DNA of 64,000 nt, from the NCBI GenBank assembly GCA_965243395.1, contig CBDEUS010000001.1:1056001-1120000 (forward strand). The letters are read 5' to 3'. The stretch is from Gammaproteobacteria bacterium (lineage in GTDB: Bacteria; Pseudomonadota; Gammaproteobacteria; UBA4575). Both the position numbers and the translations under genes were made by a program. The notes under the pieces were generated by a model. That model saw only the letters and a program-made list of their open reading frames with translations, had not been told where the DNA came from and did not search any database. Numbering within the stretch: position 1 is the first letter of the stretch; every line of letters begins with the position of its first letter. Below are positions 9,241 to 19,109 of the stretch, piece by piece.

Positions 9241-10262
9241 TAACCGCCAATATATGACATCTCCACTTTTGGAAGCAAAACGGTTTCTGACGTTCTTAAT
9301 TCAGAGTAACGGTCATTTCGTTTTTTCCAAATAGCGCTAATCACTTCTTGGATATGATCTTCCTCTGCGCCTTCACGAAGGAGATGACGCAAATCTTTAC
9401 CTTGCGTAGCAAATAAGCAGGTATACAACTTTCCTTCTGCTGAAAGTCTTGCACGCGTGCAGGATTGGCAAAATGGTTGGGTCACGGATGAAATAATTCC
9501 AATTTCACCTCCACCATCTTTGTATTGCCAACGTTTGGCGACTTCTCCGTGGTAATTTGCTTCCGCAGGTTCGATAGGTAATTCCTGGTTTATTACATTA
9601 GAAATTTCTTTTGCCGAAAACACATCATCCATTTGCCATTGGTTGGTACTGCCGACATCCATGAATTCAATAAAGCGCAAGATAATTCCGCTGTTATGAA
9701 AATGTTTCGCCATTGGAAGAATAGAGTGTTCATTTACACCTTTTTTTACCACCATATTAATTTTAATGGGATCTAGACCTACAGTTTGCGCATGTTCAAT
9801 TGCAGTTAAAACTTTATCTACATCAAAAGCTACATCACTAATATTTTTAAATGTTTCATCATCTAGCGCATCTAGACTAATGGTTATGCGTTGCAACCCT
9901 GCACTTTTTAGTTGTTTAGCAACATCAGAAGTAAGCAATACACCATTTGTGGTTAAACTAATATCTTCAATACCATCAATCTTGGAAAGCTGTTGAATAA
10001 GGACAGGAAGATTTTTCCTTAATAAGGGTTCGCCACCTGTTAAACGTATTTTTTTCACGCCAAGTCGGGCGAATATTTTGGAGATTCTGGTAATTTCTTC
10101 AAAACTGAGTAAATCATCTCTGCGTAAAAACTCATATTCAGAATTAAAAACCTCTTTCGGCATACAATACGTGCAACGGAAGTTACAGCGATCCGTGACC
10201 GATATTCTTAGATCCCGAATAGGTCGTGATAAGGTGTCTTGAATTTGAGTATTTGTTTGCAT
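9240..10262 (-). CDS. moaA: GTP 3',8-cyclase (radical SAM)
   Basis: SVTDRCNFRCTYCMP, TGGEPLLR, FCQSCTRARL...C, C-terminal MSYIGG. Confidence 0.98.
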   Translation of the reverse strand: MQTNTQIQDTLSRPIRDLRISVTDRCNFRCTYCMPKEVFNSEYEFLRRDDLLSFEEITRISKIFARLGVKKIRLTGGEPLLRKNLPVLIQQLSKIDGIEDISLTTNGVLLTSDVAKQLKSAGLQRITISLDALDDETFKNISDVAFDVDKVLTAIEHAQTVGLDPIKINMVVKKGVNEHSILPMAKHFHNSGIILRFIEFMDVGSTNQWQMDDVFSAKEISNVINQELPIEPAEANYHGEVAKRWQYKDGGGEIGIISSVTQPFCQSCTRARLSAEGKLYTCLFATQGKDLRHLLREGAEEDHIQEVISAIWKKRNDRYSELRTSETVLLPKVEMSYIGG

Positions 10263-10343
10263 CGCAAAGTAAGCCAGTATCCAACTGATATTCTATCGAA
10301 TGGAAATTTTTAAAGGTATATCAAAGCATTAGACTAAAGAGAT

Positions 10344-11855
10344 ATGAATTCAGCTCAATTCAAGGTTATTTGGCTTATCACAGGCCCTATATTGGCTTTG
10401 GCAATCTATTGGTGGCTACCTGACCAATATATTGCTAGTGATGGTAAGAAAACACTCCTCACACATCCTGCCAAGGCCACCATAGCCTTGTTGGTGTGGA
10501 TGGCTACCTGGTGGTTGACCGAAGCAACTCATATCACAGTTACGGCATTACTTCCTATCGCATTGTTTCCATTATTTGAGGTGGCTTCCATAAAAGATGC
10601 AACAGCTCCCTATGCTTCTCATATTATCTTTTTGTTCTTAGGCGGCTTTATTATTGCTATTGCTATTCAGCGCTGGAAATTAGATAAACGCATCGCGTTG
10701 GGCATTCTCACAAAAATTGGTAGCTCTCCTTCAAGAATTGTAGGGGGTTTCATGTTGGCTACTGCTTTTCTAAGTGCCTTTATCTCAAATACCGCAACTA
10801 CAGCAATGATGCTACCAATTGGTTTAAGTGTTATCGCATTGCTAACAGGAAAAGAATTTAAACAACGCGCTTTTGCGACTTGTATTATGTTAAGCATTGC
10901 ATACGCCGCCAATATTGGAGGAATTGCAACCGTGATTGGTACCGCACCCAATCTATTTGTAGCTTCTTTTATTAGAGATGCAATTGATACACCTTTTCAG
11001 CAAGATATTAGTTTTTTGCAATGGTCTAAAGTTGGTGTGCCCGTTGTATGTGTTTTATTACCAATTGCTTGGTGGCTATTAACCAAGCTTATTTACAAAG
11101 TAGACAAAATTACATTGCAAAACTCTTCACAATCTCTGCTAGAACAAAAGCACGCACTCGGAAAAATGAGTTATGAAGAAAAAATGGTTTGCATGATTTT
11201 TTCTTTTACTGTTTTTTTATGGTTAAGTCGCACATTTCTACAAGGTTTAGAGTTTTCGTTCAACGAAAATAGCTATAAACCACTATTGGGTCTTACAGAT
11301 TCCAGTATTGCAATTTTTTCCGCTATTTTGTTATTTCTAATCCCGACCAAATCAACCAACGATTCCTTTATTTTGCAATGGGAGAATTTAAAAGAGTTAC
11401 CCTGGGGAATATTAATATTGCTAGGTGGAGGATTAAGTTTGGCAGCTGCTGTAAAAGCAAATGGTGTAACTGAATTTATTGGAGCGCAAGCTACGATTCT
11501 TTCAGTGTTACCACCATTGTTAATTCTTTTAGTTATTGTAACTGCTGTAGTCTTTTTAACCGAGCTCACTTCAAACACTGCGACTACGGCAACACTTGTA
11601 CCAGTTCTCGCCGCTATTGCCCCTGTTCTAAATTTACATCCTTATGTGCTCATCATACCTGCAGCTATTGCAGCAAGTTGTGCATTCATGTTGCCTATCG
11701 CAACACCGCCTAACGCAATTGTATTTGGATCAGGTCATATCTCAATGCAAGAGATGCGCAAAACCGGTTTTTGGTTGAATTTGTTAAGTTTGCTGATCCT
11801 CACCTCTCTAGCGTATGGATTAAGCACTTATTTAATAAAGATACTGGAAGCTTAA
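10344..11855 (+). CDS. DASS/SLC13 family Na+/dicarboxylate or sulfate symporter
   Basis: ISNTATT and TSNTAT (SNT motifs), IGTAPN, MLPIATPPNA; many TM helices. Confidence 0.92.
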   Translation: MNSAQFKVIWLITGPILALAIYWWLPDQYIASDGKKTLLTHPAKATIALLVWMATWWLTEATHITVTALLPIALFPLFEVASIKDATAPYASHIIFLFLGGFIIAIAIQRWKLDKRIALGILTKIGSSPSRIVGGFMLATAFLSAFISNTATTAMMLPIGLSVIALLTGKEFKQRAFATCIMLSIAYAANIGGIATVIGTAPNLFVASFIRDAIDTPFQQDISFLQWSKVGVPVVCVLLPIAWWLLTKLIYKVDKITLQNSSQSLLEQKHALGKMSYEEKMVCMIFSFTVFLWLSRTFLQGLEFSFNENSYKPLLGLTDSSIAIFSAILLFLIPTKSTNDSFILQWENLKELPWGILILLGGGLSLAAAVKANGVTEFIGAQATILSVLPPLLILLVIVTAVVFLTELTSNTATTATLVPVLAAIAPVLNLHPYVLIIPAAIAASCAFMLPIATPPNAIVFGSGHISMQEMRKTGFWLNLLSLLILTSLAYGLSTYLIKILEA

Positions 11856-11867
11856 AGAAATACTTAT

Positions 11868-12746
11868 TTACTTAACTCCGTATTTTTCTGACTGCTTATA
11901 CTTATCCTCCACCCCAATCAAATCGTTAAATTCTTCAAAGTTTAATAAATTGCTCTCCATTCCAAGCGTAGTACCATCATTGTGTAACTTGGTATAAATA
12001 TCATTCATGATTTTACCTGCAGCGTACAAGCCTGTAAGAGGATAAAGAATTAGATGAAACCCCATAGCAGCGAGTTCATCTTTTTGTAGTACGGGTGTTT
12101 TTCCACCCTCTATCATATTTGCAACATTCGGATGTGGTGATTCCTGACCAATCCTTTTTAACTGCTCTAGTGAACCCGGCGCTTCTACAAAACTTGCATT
12201 TGCACCAATTTCACGTGCAGCCTTTACTCTTGCGATCGCTTCATCTAATCCTAAAACCGCTTCTGCATCGGTGCGTGCAACAATAAAAAAATCATTTTCT
12301 CCTCTTGCATCCACTGCAGCCTGGATTTTATATAAGTATTCATCACGTTCGATTACTTTTTTATTACGCATATGTCCACATTTTTTAGGCCAGACTTGAT
12401 CTTCCAAAAAGCAACCCTTTGCGCCAGCATCGATTAATTGCCTAACGGTTCGATGAACATTAAGTGGATTTCCATAGCCTGTATCAGCGTCCACGATAAT
12501 AGGCATGGAAACACTACTGCATATTGCGCGTGCACGATCCACCACTTCAGTTTGTGTAAGCAAACCAAAATCGGGTTCGCCTATGGTCGCGGCGGCTAAT
12601 GAATAACCCGAGATAAACCCCATTGGAAACCCGACTTGTTCAGCTATTTTTGCAGAAAGTGTGTCGTAGATTCCGGGGAATGCTAAAGACCCTACTTCAT
12701 CTAACACACTTTGAATACTACTATTTGGAACGTTTTTATTAGACAT
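11868..12746 (-). CDS. Isocitrate lyase/PEP mutase family enzyme (PrpB- or 2,3-dimethylmalate-lyase-like)
   Basis: IVDADTGYG, EDQVWPKKCGH, ARTDA, NMIEGGKTP. Confidence 0.9.
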   Translation of the reverse strand: MSNKNVPNSSIQSVLDEVGSLAFPGIYDTLSAKIAEQVGFPMGFISGYSLAAATIGEPDFGLLTQTEVVDRARAICSSVSMPIIVDADTGYGNPLNVHRTVRQLIDAGAKGCFLEDQVWPKKCGHMRNKKVIERDEYLYKIQAAVDARGENDFFIVARTDAEAVLGLDEAIARVKAAREIGANASFVEAPGSLEQLKRIGQESPHPNVANMIEGGKTPVLQKDELAAMGFHLILYPLTGLYAAGKIMNDIYTKLHNDGTTLGMESNLLNFEEFNDLIGVEDKYKQSEKYGVK

Positions 12747-12871
12747 ATTTGTTAGCTCAGAGTTAGTTCTGTATATTAGTACACTGTATCGGAACTATCG
12801 AATTATCCACAAAATCTAAGTTAAATTCAGCGTACAATCTGCTTAGATCGCTAAAATTTTTACCTGCCAAA

Positions 12872-13381
12872 ATGACCATGAAACCCATATTTTCAAATTT
12901 AAAGATTCGGTTATCTCTATTTATTGCAATATTGCTACTTTGCAGTATTTCAATAGCATCCGACTGGACAGAGGTAAGAACATTAGAAGGCAAATTTACA
13001 ACTTTATCCCAACACTTTGAAAAAGATAAATGGACACTTGTAATGCTGTGGACTATGGATTGTGGGATTTGCCAGCGTGAATACCCTATTATTTCAGAAT
13101 TTCATGACAAGCATAAAGACACTAAGGCAAAAGTAATCGGGGTATCTTTAGACGGTTATTCTAAACTGGATAAAATTACTGAACATATTGAAGAGATGCC
13201 CATGACTTTTGGTAATCTCATCGGCGAACTTACGGTTGTTGCGTTTAATTATCAAACTGCTACCGAAGAGACTCTTCGTGGAACTCCTACTTTTTTAATG
13301 TTCAACCCGGACGGTTACTTAGTTGGTCACAACCCAGGACCTGTTAAACCTGAAGCACTTGAAGCATTTATTTCGCGATAA
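12872..13381 (+). CDS. Exported TlpA/ResA-like thioredoxin
   Basis: Signal peptide, WTMDCGIC (CxxC), GTPT cis-Pro motif. Confidence 0.85.
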   Translation: MTMKPIFSNLKIRLSLFIAILLLCSISIASDWTEVRTLEGKFTTLSQHFEKDKWTLVMLWTMDCGICQREYPIISEFHDKHKDTKAKVIGVSLDGYSKLDKITEHIEEMPMTFGNLIGELTVVAFNYQTATEETLRGTPTFLMFNPDGYLVGHNPGPVKPEALEAFISR

Positions 13382-13397
13382 AATTAGATCAACCAAA

Positions 13398-13763
13398 TCA
13401 ATTTCTATCTAAAGCATATTTAGCCAATACTTCTAGTTCTACATACTCCAGAACTGAGCTATGTGTTGCTTTTAAATAAATGTTTGGCGCTTTATTTTCT
13501 TCCAAAGCTTCGATCCAACGCTGCACACACAAACACCATTTATCACCGGGCTTTAATCCAGGAAAATCTGCATCCGGATAAGGCGTGGTTAAATCATTAC
13601 CTTTTGCTTTAGAAAATTCCAAGAATTCTTTTGTTACATTCGCACAAACAGTATGCATTCCTATATCATGTTCATCTGTATCACAACGCCCATTTCGATA
13701 ATATCCTGTCAGTAACTCTTCACAACAACTTTGCAAATCCCCACCAAGTACATTTTTTTGCAT
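13398..13763 (-). CDS. DUF2237 family protein
   Basis: NVLGG.L..C, TGYYRNG.C, HTVCA, GNDL.TP, PGLKPGDKWCLC. Confidence 0.9.
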   Translation of the reverse strand: MQKNVLGGDLQSCCEELLTGYYRNGRCDTDEHDIGMHTVCANVTKEFLEFSKAKGNDLTTPYPDADFPGLKPGDKWCLCVQRWIEALEENKAPNIYLKATHSSVLEYVELEVLAKYALDRN

Positions 13764-13786
13764 TCTATTTCCCTTTAGTTTTATTT

Positions 13787-14689
13787 TTAAAATCTAGCAA
13801 ATGATAATTTCTTTCGCTGTGCAATCGCAATTCCAAGCAATATTATAATCAATGCAATTATCGCATTAACACCTATCTTTTCATTTAAAAACATAACGCC
13901 AATTATAACGGCCCAAACAGGTATCAAATAATTTATCTGCGATAAAAATGATGGTCCTACTCTGGCAATAACTGCAAAATAAATAATTGTGGCTAATGCA
14001 GTGGGGAAAATTCCTAATAACAACAGAGAAACAAATTCAATACTGTTCACAGAAAAGTCCCAATCAAAATTTGATAAAAATACTATTGGCAACATAAGTA
14101 CACTGGCAATCAACAGCACTGCACCGGACATTGCAACAAAACTTTCTTTCGGTAGTTTTTTGGCAATTATTGTATTAATTGCATAGCTAACAGCTCCCCC
14201 TAAAATCGCTATCATTGCAAGCAACCTGGCCATATCATTTTCAAAATTTGCTAGCGCACTTTCACCAAACAAAACAAGTATTCCAATAAACCCTAAAATA
14301 AACCCAATGACTTTATTCAGCGACAGTTTTTCTCCAGCGACGAAAAAGTGCGCTAAAACAATAGTCGTTAAAGGCATGACGGCCATTAGAATTCCTGCAA
14401 TGCTGCTATCTACTGTTTGCTGGCCCCAGCTAATAAGGTAAAAAGGCAGACAATTACCAAAAAAGGCTAACGCAACTAACAAACCGACGCGCCCTTTTAT
14501 AAATGCAAAAGAATCACGTCTTAAAATCGAAACTAAAACCAAAAAAATAGCAGCAATAGTAATTCTTCCTCCAGCAACAACAGCAGGCGGATACTCCTGT
14601 ACAGAAATTTTGATAAGCATGAAGGCACTTCCAAACATGATGACGAGAGCCGCCATACCGAGCCAGTCTAGCGGCTTTGCATTATACAT
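13787..14689 (-). CDS. DMT/EamA family transporter
   Basis: About 10 TM helices in two EamA-like halves (PFYLISWG, YLIPVWA..IG..FLNE). Confidence 0.9.
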   Translation of the reverse strand: MYNAKPLDWLGMAALVIMFGSAFMLIKISVQEYPPAVVAGGRITIAAIFLVLVSILRRDSFAFIKGRVGLLVALAFFGNCLPFYLISWGQQTVDSSIAGILMAVMPLTTIVLAHFFVAGEKLSLNKVIGFILGFIGILVLFGESALANFENDMARLLAMIAILGGAVSYAINTIIAKKLPKESFVAMSGAVLLIASVLMLPIVFLSNFDWDFSVNSIEFVSLLLLGIFPTALATIIYFAVIARVGPSFLSQINYLIPVWAVIIGVMFLNEKIGVNAIIALIIILLGIAIAQRKKLSFARF

Positions 14690-14728
14690 TGTAAATAAGA
14701 ATCCCTAGAGATTAATTAGAAAATGCCA

Positions 14729-16189
14729 TTAGTAGCGGATTAATACATCATAACTTAATGTAGTTTTTCCTTCAGCAGGAATTTTAATTCTCCACTCTGC
14801 AGTGCCTGCTGCTACTTTTTTATGTTTATGACTTTCTTGCTTCATTTTCCAATCACCAGGAATAGGTTCTTGAACTACTACTTCAATATCTTCGTCCTTA
14901 GCATTTTTAAGATCGATTTGGAAGCTCGCTGTATATGCGTAGTTATATTTCCCTATTGCATGGGCCTTCTTGAATTGAGTTTGTTTCTTGTCAGCCGTAA
15001 CATCAAATGCATCGCCCAGTTTTAACTTTACCTCTTCATTTTTAGGCGTATGATCAATATGGTCCTCACCTATAAATTGCGCATTGCCTGATTTATCGTT
15101 TTTATATACGCGCACAATACCTTTAGGTAAAGGAAGGCCTAGATTGGATTTTTTATCGTTTTTGAGCTCTACAAAAACCCCTACTTTCATTTTTTGACCA
15201 ATTGATCCATAAGAACTCTGATAGTAGTAATTTTGACCTTTAAGCAAAAATTCTTTTTTAACCGGAATTTTGGTCGCACTTAATAATGAAACTTGTTTTG
15301 TTTGATTTTCTTTTATAGTTGTCGGTCGTTGTAATGTATATAAGTGATATTCAAACAAAGCCTCTTCAACCATATCAGCTTCTGCAGCCACCGACTTTTG
15401 AGCAAGCATTTCAAATCTCCTTTTAGCTTCTCTAAAATCATCTTGAACTCGATTTACATCACCTGCGACCAATTGTAATTTGGCATTTTTGTATGTAGCA
15501 CCACTTTGATTATTTAACGTTACCCAGCCTGTCAGATCAATAAACTGATCTGATTCATCAAGCTCGGCTACATAATCAGCCTTCCAAGACAGTCCACCAG
15601 TTAAATAACTAAGCTGTAATTGTTGGGCTTTTGATGTTGCACTATTAAGTTCCATCACCAGTGTCGGACGGTCGCGTAAATTGCCTGGGACTTCGTCGAA
15701 TACAATGCGTCCTGGAACACCCGTCTCAATGCGGTCTCCGATTTTTAATACCACTCCATTATTTACACTCAATACAATAGCATCGAGTAATTTTTCTTTG
15801 CCAGTCGTGGGGTGTGTTTTAACAATCTTAACTTTCTTGCCGACATATTTTTCTAATAGTTTTTGAGGCGTTAACAAATCAAAATCGAAATTTTGCTCAA
15901 TTAAACGAAAACCATCTGAATAATTCAGACTGCGGAGTAAGGCAGTTTCAGGACGTATTTGAGCGCTTACCTCGCGAAATGCAAGTTTATTAAAACCACT
16001 ATCTAAGCGAATGGTGCGCACATCTTTTACCAGGGCTAGTTGATCGTTATAAATCGTAACCGCCACTTCGGTTTGATCCTGTAATGTACTTCGATATTCA
16101 GTTACATGAGTTTTAGCGCTCACCTGACCCAATATGAGGCTGAATAGAAAAGTAATAATGAATACAGACTTGGTTTTAGCTCGTTTCAT
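14729..16189 (-). CDS. Exported DUF4139 domain protein
   Basis: VTIYND.ALV, EQNFDFDLL, SYLTGGLSW.ADY, YHLY.L, IGED.IDHTP. Confidence 0.85.
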   Translation of the reverse strand: MKRAKTKSVFIITFLFSLILGQVSAKTHVTEYRSTLQDQTEVAVTIYNDQLALVKDVRTIRLDSGFNKLAFREVSAQIRPETALLRSLNYSDGFRLIEQNFDFDLLTPQKLLEKYVGKKVKIVKTHPTTGKEKLLDAIVLSVNNGVVLKIGDRIETGVPGRIVFDEVPGNLRDRPTLVMELNSATSKAQQLQLSYLTGGLSWKADYVAELDESDQFIDLTGWVTLNNQSGATYKNAKLQLVAGDVNRVQDDFREAKRRFEMLAQKSVAAEADMVEEALFEYHLYTLQRPTTIKENQTKQVSLLSATKIPVKKEFLLKGQNYYYQSSYGSIGQKMKVGVFVELKNDKKSNLGLPLPKGIVRVYKNDKSGNAQFIGEDHIDHTPKNEEVKLKLGDAFDVTADKKQTQFKKAHAIGKYNYAYTASFQIDLKNAKDEDIEVVVQEPIPGDWKMKQESHKHKKVAAGTAEWRIKIPAEGKTTLSYDVLIRY

Positions 16190-16344
16190 ATGTAATCCTT
16201 TATATTTAGTAGATTTACATACTTAAACGATAGAAATAGCCATATGGGTTAAAATAAGGCTAAATTATTTTACAGACACAAAACAACACACTAAATTTGA
16301 GTAACGGAACCTCTAATTATCTCTCTTGAGTATTTATCTTCTCT

Positions 16345-16824
16345 ATGAATCAAATCTTAATTATTGCTGGAATTGTAGGCATTTTGCTGTTCCTAAGATG
16401 GCTACGTAAACAACCAAAAAATAAGCAAATACAAGCCATTCTTATATTTGCGGCTATTGTATTGATCATAATGGCCGCCACAGGAAGACTACATTGGCTA
16501 TTTGCGATCATTGCAGCTGCTGTAGCAATGTTTCAGAAATTTGCAGGTCTATTGAGGTTTCTTCCTTTTCTACAAAGAATTTTTACAAGATCTCCTACTG
16601 AGAACTCCTCTTATGAAGCCAGCAATAGCCAAAATTCCAACATGACAATTGAGGAGGCATGCAAAGTATTAGGTATTGAAAAAGATGCTACTGAAGAAGA
16701 AATTATTGAAGCGCACCGAAAATTAATTCAAAAAATTCATCCTGATCGCGGCGGAAATGATTATCTCGCTACAAAAATTAATCAGGCAAAAGAGTTTATG
16801 CTTAAAAATTTACATAAAAGATGA
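16345..16824 (+). CDS. Membrane-anchored J-domain co-chaperone
   Basis: N-terminal TM helices; C-terminal J domain with HPD (KIHPDRGG). Confidence 0.9.
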   Translation: MNQILIIAGIVGILLFLRWLRKQPKNKQIQAILIFAAIVLIIMAATGRLHWLFAIIAAAVAMFQKFAGLLRFLPFLQRIFTRSPTENSSYEASNSQNSNMTIEEACKVLGIEKDATEEEIIEAHRKLIQKIHPDRGGNDYLATKINQAKEFMLKNLHKR

Positions 16825-16840
16825 AAGGAATATACTAATT

Positions 16841-19099
16841 ATGTTTTGGAAAAAACAATGGAAGAAACTCCAAAACAAAGATGGAAGTGAAGAATATGAA
16901 ATTCCTGCCTACAGTAAAGATGGCGGACATATTAAATCACTTGAAAGGCAAGGAGGTTTAACAACTAGCGCAACATATGGAGGAATGGGTGTTCGTGAAC
17001 TGCAATTGCGAATGGAGCTTATTGTTGAACCTATATTATCAAAGCAAAACAGTGTTTTTGAACCTGCAAAAGAACTCGCTGTATTCTCTAAAGTTGATCA
17101 AGATCGATTTTTACAGTCAGTCGAAAAAATATCTAAAACCGATACTGCTCTAGCTTTTAAGTTTTGCCATTTTGGGCCACTAAGCTTGCAATTAGTAGAC
17201 GAAGAAAATTGGAACGATTGGACAAGTGAAATCCTAACTGTTTATAACAAAGAAGGACTAGATTCAGCAATAAATACAATAAAGGATGTCAATCACTACA
17301 TTGAATCCTATACACATGCTCCTTCAAACGTTGCCTTAAATGAAGTTTCAAGAATTTTAGAAAGTTTCATTATTGGATTAAGCGGAAGACAACTATCTAT
17401 TGAAGCGAGCGAAAGTTTTTATACTGATACAGAATCAGTAAGACTGCCTGAAAACGTATCTCAATTTGATCGTCAAGAAGATAATTTTGCCTTATATAAA
17501 GCCATGGCGGTTCACCAATGGGCACAGACCTGGTTTGGTACTTGGAGAATGAATATAGATGCCATGGCTAAAACATATCAAGACCCAGATCGTGCACTGA
17601 AATTATTTCATAAGTTAGAAACTATAAGATTAGACGCTTGCATTAAACGCGAACTACCAGGTATTGCAAAAACCGTAAAAAATTTATTTGGAGAACTGGA
17701 TACAACAAAACTATCAAAAAAATGGCAGTTTGCTATCGAAAAAATGCGGGAAAGTGATACCACTGTAAGAGACACTTTTTTTCTCTTAGAAACAATCTAT
17801 AAAGAAAATGATTCACCTGAAGATAGGCCATACCAAGGTGAATTAAGGCCACGAGAAACCTGGAAAACAATTCAAGAAAGAACAGATAAAGAAAGAGAAT
17901 TATTTAAAGCTAAACTTGCAGAGCTAAAAAATGATCTACAGCAAAAATCATCTGAGGCTTCTATGAGTAATGATTCAGATGAAAATGATGATGGCTTCTC
18001 TATAGATGTAAATGAAAATGATTCCATGTCAGAGGGCTATAACATCGAACTACGCTTTGATGATGAAGCAGTTGAGCCTCCAGAAGAGTTGCAGGAGCTA
18101 TTAGAGTCAATTTTACAAGATCTAGGTGAAATTCCTGATGATTATTTATTACCTAGCACATATCAAACTGATGATATTGAAGATGAAAATGACGATCAGA
18201 ATTTATCCCCTTCATTAGACAATGAAGAAAATGTTTATATTTATGATGAATGGGATCATTCAAGGCAAAAATATAGAAAGGAATGGTGCTACTTAAAAGA
18301 ATTAGAAATTAAACCTGTTTATGACAATTTTGCTAACTCGACTATACATAAGCATCGAAACTTACTAAAACATTTACGTAGAACATTTGAAGCTCTGCGT
18401 GAAGACGATAAACGTCTAAAACGGCAACCATATGGAGATGACATAGATTTAGATGCTGTCATTGAGTCCTATACAGATATTAAAATAGGGCTCGAAGCCT
18501 CACAAAATCTTTTTACCAAATCCAGAAAGATCGATCGAAATATAGCGGTAATGTTTATGATTGATATGAGCGGATCAACTGCTGGTTGGATAAATGAAAT
18601 GGAACGCGAAGCTTTGGTTTTATTATGTGAGTCGCTGCAACTATTAGGCGATCGTTATGCAATCTATGGTTTTTCCGGTATTACGCATGAGCGTTGCGAG
18701 CTCTATGTCATTAAGGAGTTTGACGAAGGATATGATGACCAAGTTAAAGCGCGTATTAGCGGTATTCAACCACAAGACTATACTCGCATGGGCGCCGCTA
18801 TTCGGCATTTAACAAAAAAACTTCATCAAGTAGAAGCGCGCACGAAATTACTCATTACACTTTCTGATGGAAGACCCGATGACAAAGATGGGTATCGTGG
18901 ACCATATGGAATTGAAGACACAAGACGCGCCTTAATAGAAGCAAAATTTTTAGGTATACATCCTTTTTGCATAACGATAGATGAAGAAGCAATGGATTAT
19001 TTACAACATATGTATGGAGCAGTTAACTTTGCTGTAATTGATCATGTCGATAAATTGCCTTATAAAGTATCTGATATCTATCGACGTATCACAGTTTAA
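16841..19099 (+). CDS. CbbO/NorD-family VWA adaptor protein
   Basis: YDEWD...Y...WC, GDDIDLDA, MIDAS motif DMSGS, YTRMGAAIRH, LSDGRPDD. ATG at 16841 avoids overlap with the J-domain gene. Confidence 0.9.
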   Translation: MFWKKQWKKLQNKDGSEEYEIPAYSKDGGHIKSLERQGGLTTSATYGGMGVRELQLRMELIVEPILSKQNSVFEPAKELAVFSKVDQDRFLQSVEKISKTDTALAFKFCHFGPLSLQLVDEENWNDWTSEILTVYNKEGLDSAINTIKDVNHYIESYTHAPSNVALNEVSRILESFIIGLSGRQLSIEASESFYTDTESVRLPENVSQFDRQEDNFALYKAMAVHQWAQTWFGTWRMNIDAMAKTYQDPDRALKLFHKLETIRLDACIKRELPGIAKTVKNLFGELDTTKLSKKWQFAIEKMRESDTTVRDTFFLLETIYKENDSPEDRPYQGELRPRETWKTIQERTDKERELFKAKLAELKNDLQQKSSEASMSNDSDENDDGFSIDVNENDSMSEGYNIELRFDDEAVEPPEELQELLESILQDLGEIPDDYLLPSTYQTDDIEDENDDQNLSPSLDNEENVYIYDEWDHSRQKYRKEWCYLKELEIKPVYDNFANSTIHKHRNLLKHLRRTFEALREDDKRLKRQPYGDDIDLDAVIESYTDIKIGLEASQNLFTKSRKIDRNIAVMFMIDMSGSTAGWINEMEREALVLLCESLQLLGDRYAIYGFSGITHERCELYVIKEFDEGYDDQVKARISGIQPQDYTRMGAAIRHLTKKLHQVEARTKLLITLSDGRPDDKDGYRGPYGIEDTRRALIEAKFLGIHPFCITIDEEAMDYLQHMYGAVNFAVIDHVDKLPYKVSDIYRRITV

Positions 19100-19109
19100 C
19101 TAATTTAGT

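Noticed and set aside
10263-10343. Moco riboswitch upstream of moaA
   Set aside because: Only 81 bp, shared with a divergent gene; no recognisable structure
16841-19099. Evidence for denitrification (norD) or a Rubisco operon
   Set aside because: No norCBQ or cbbLMQ nearby; family membership alone does not identify the client
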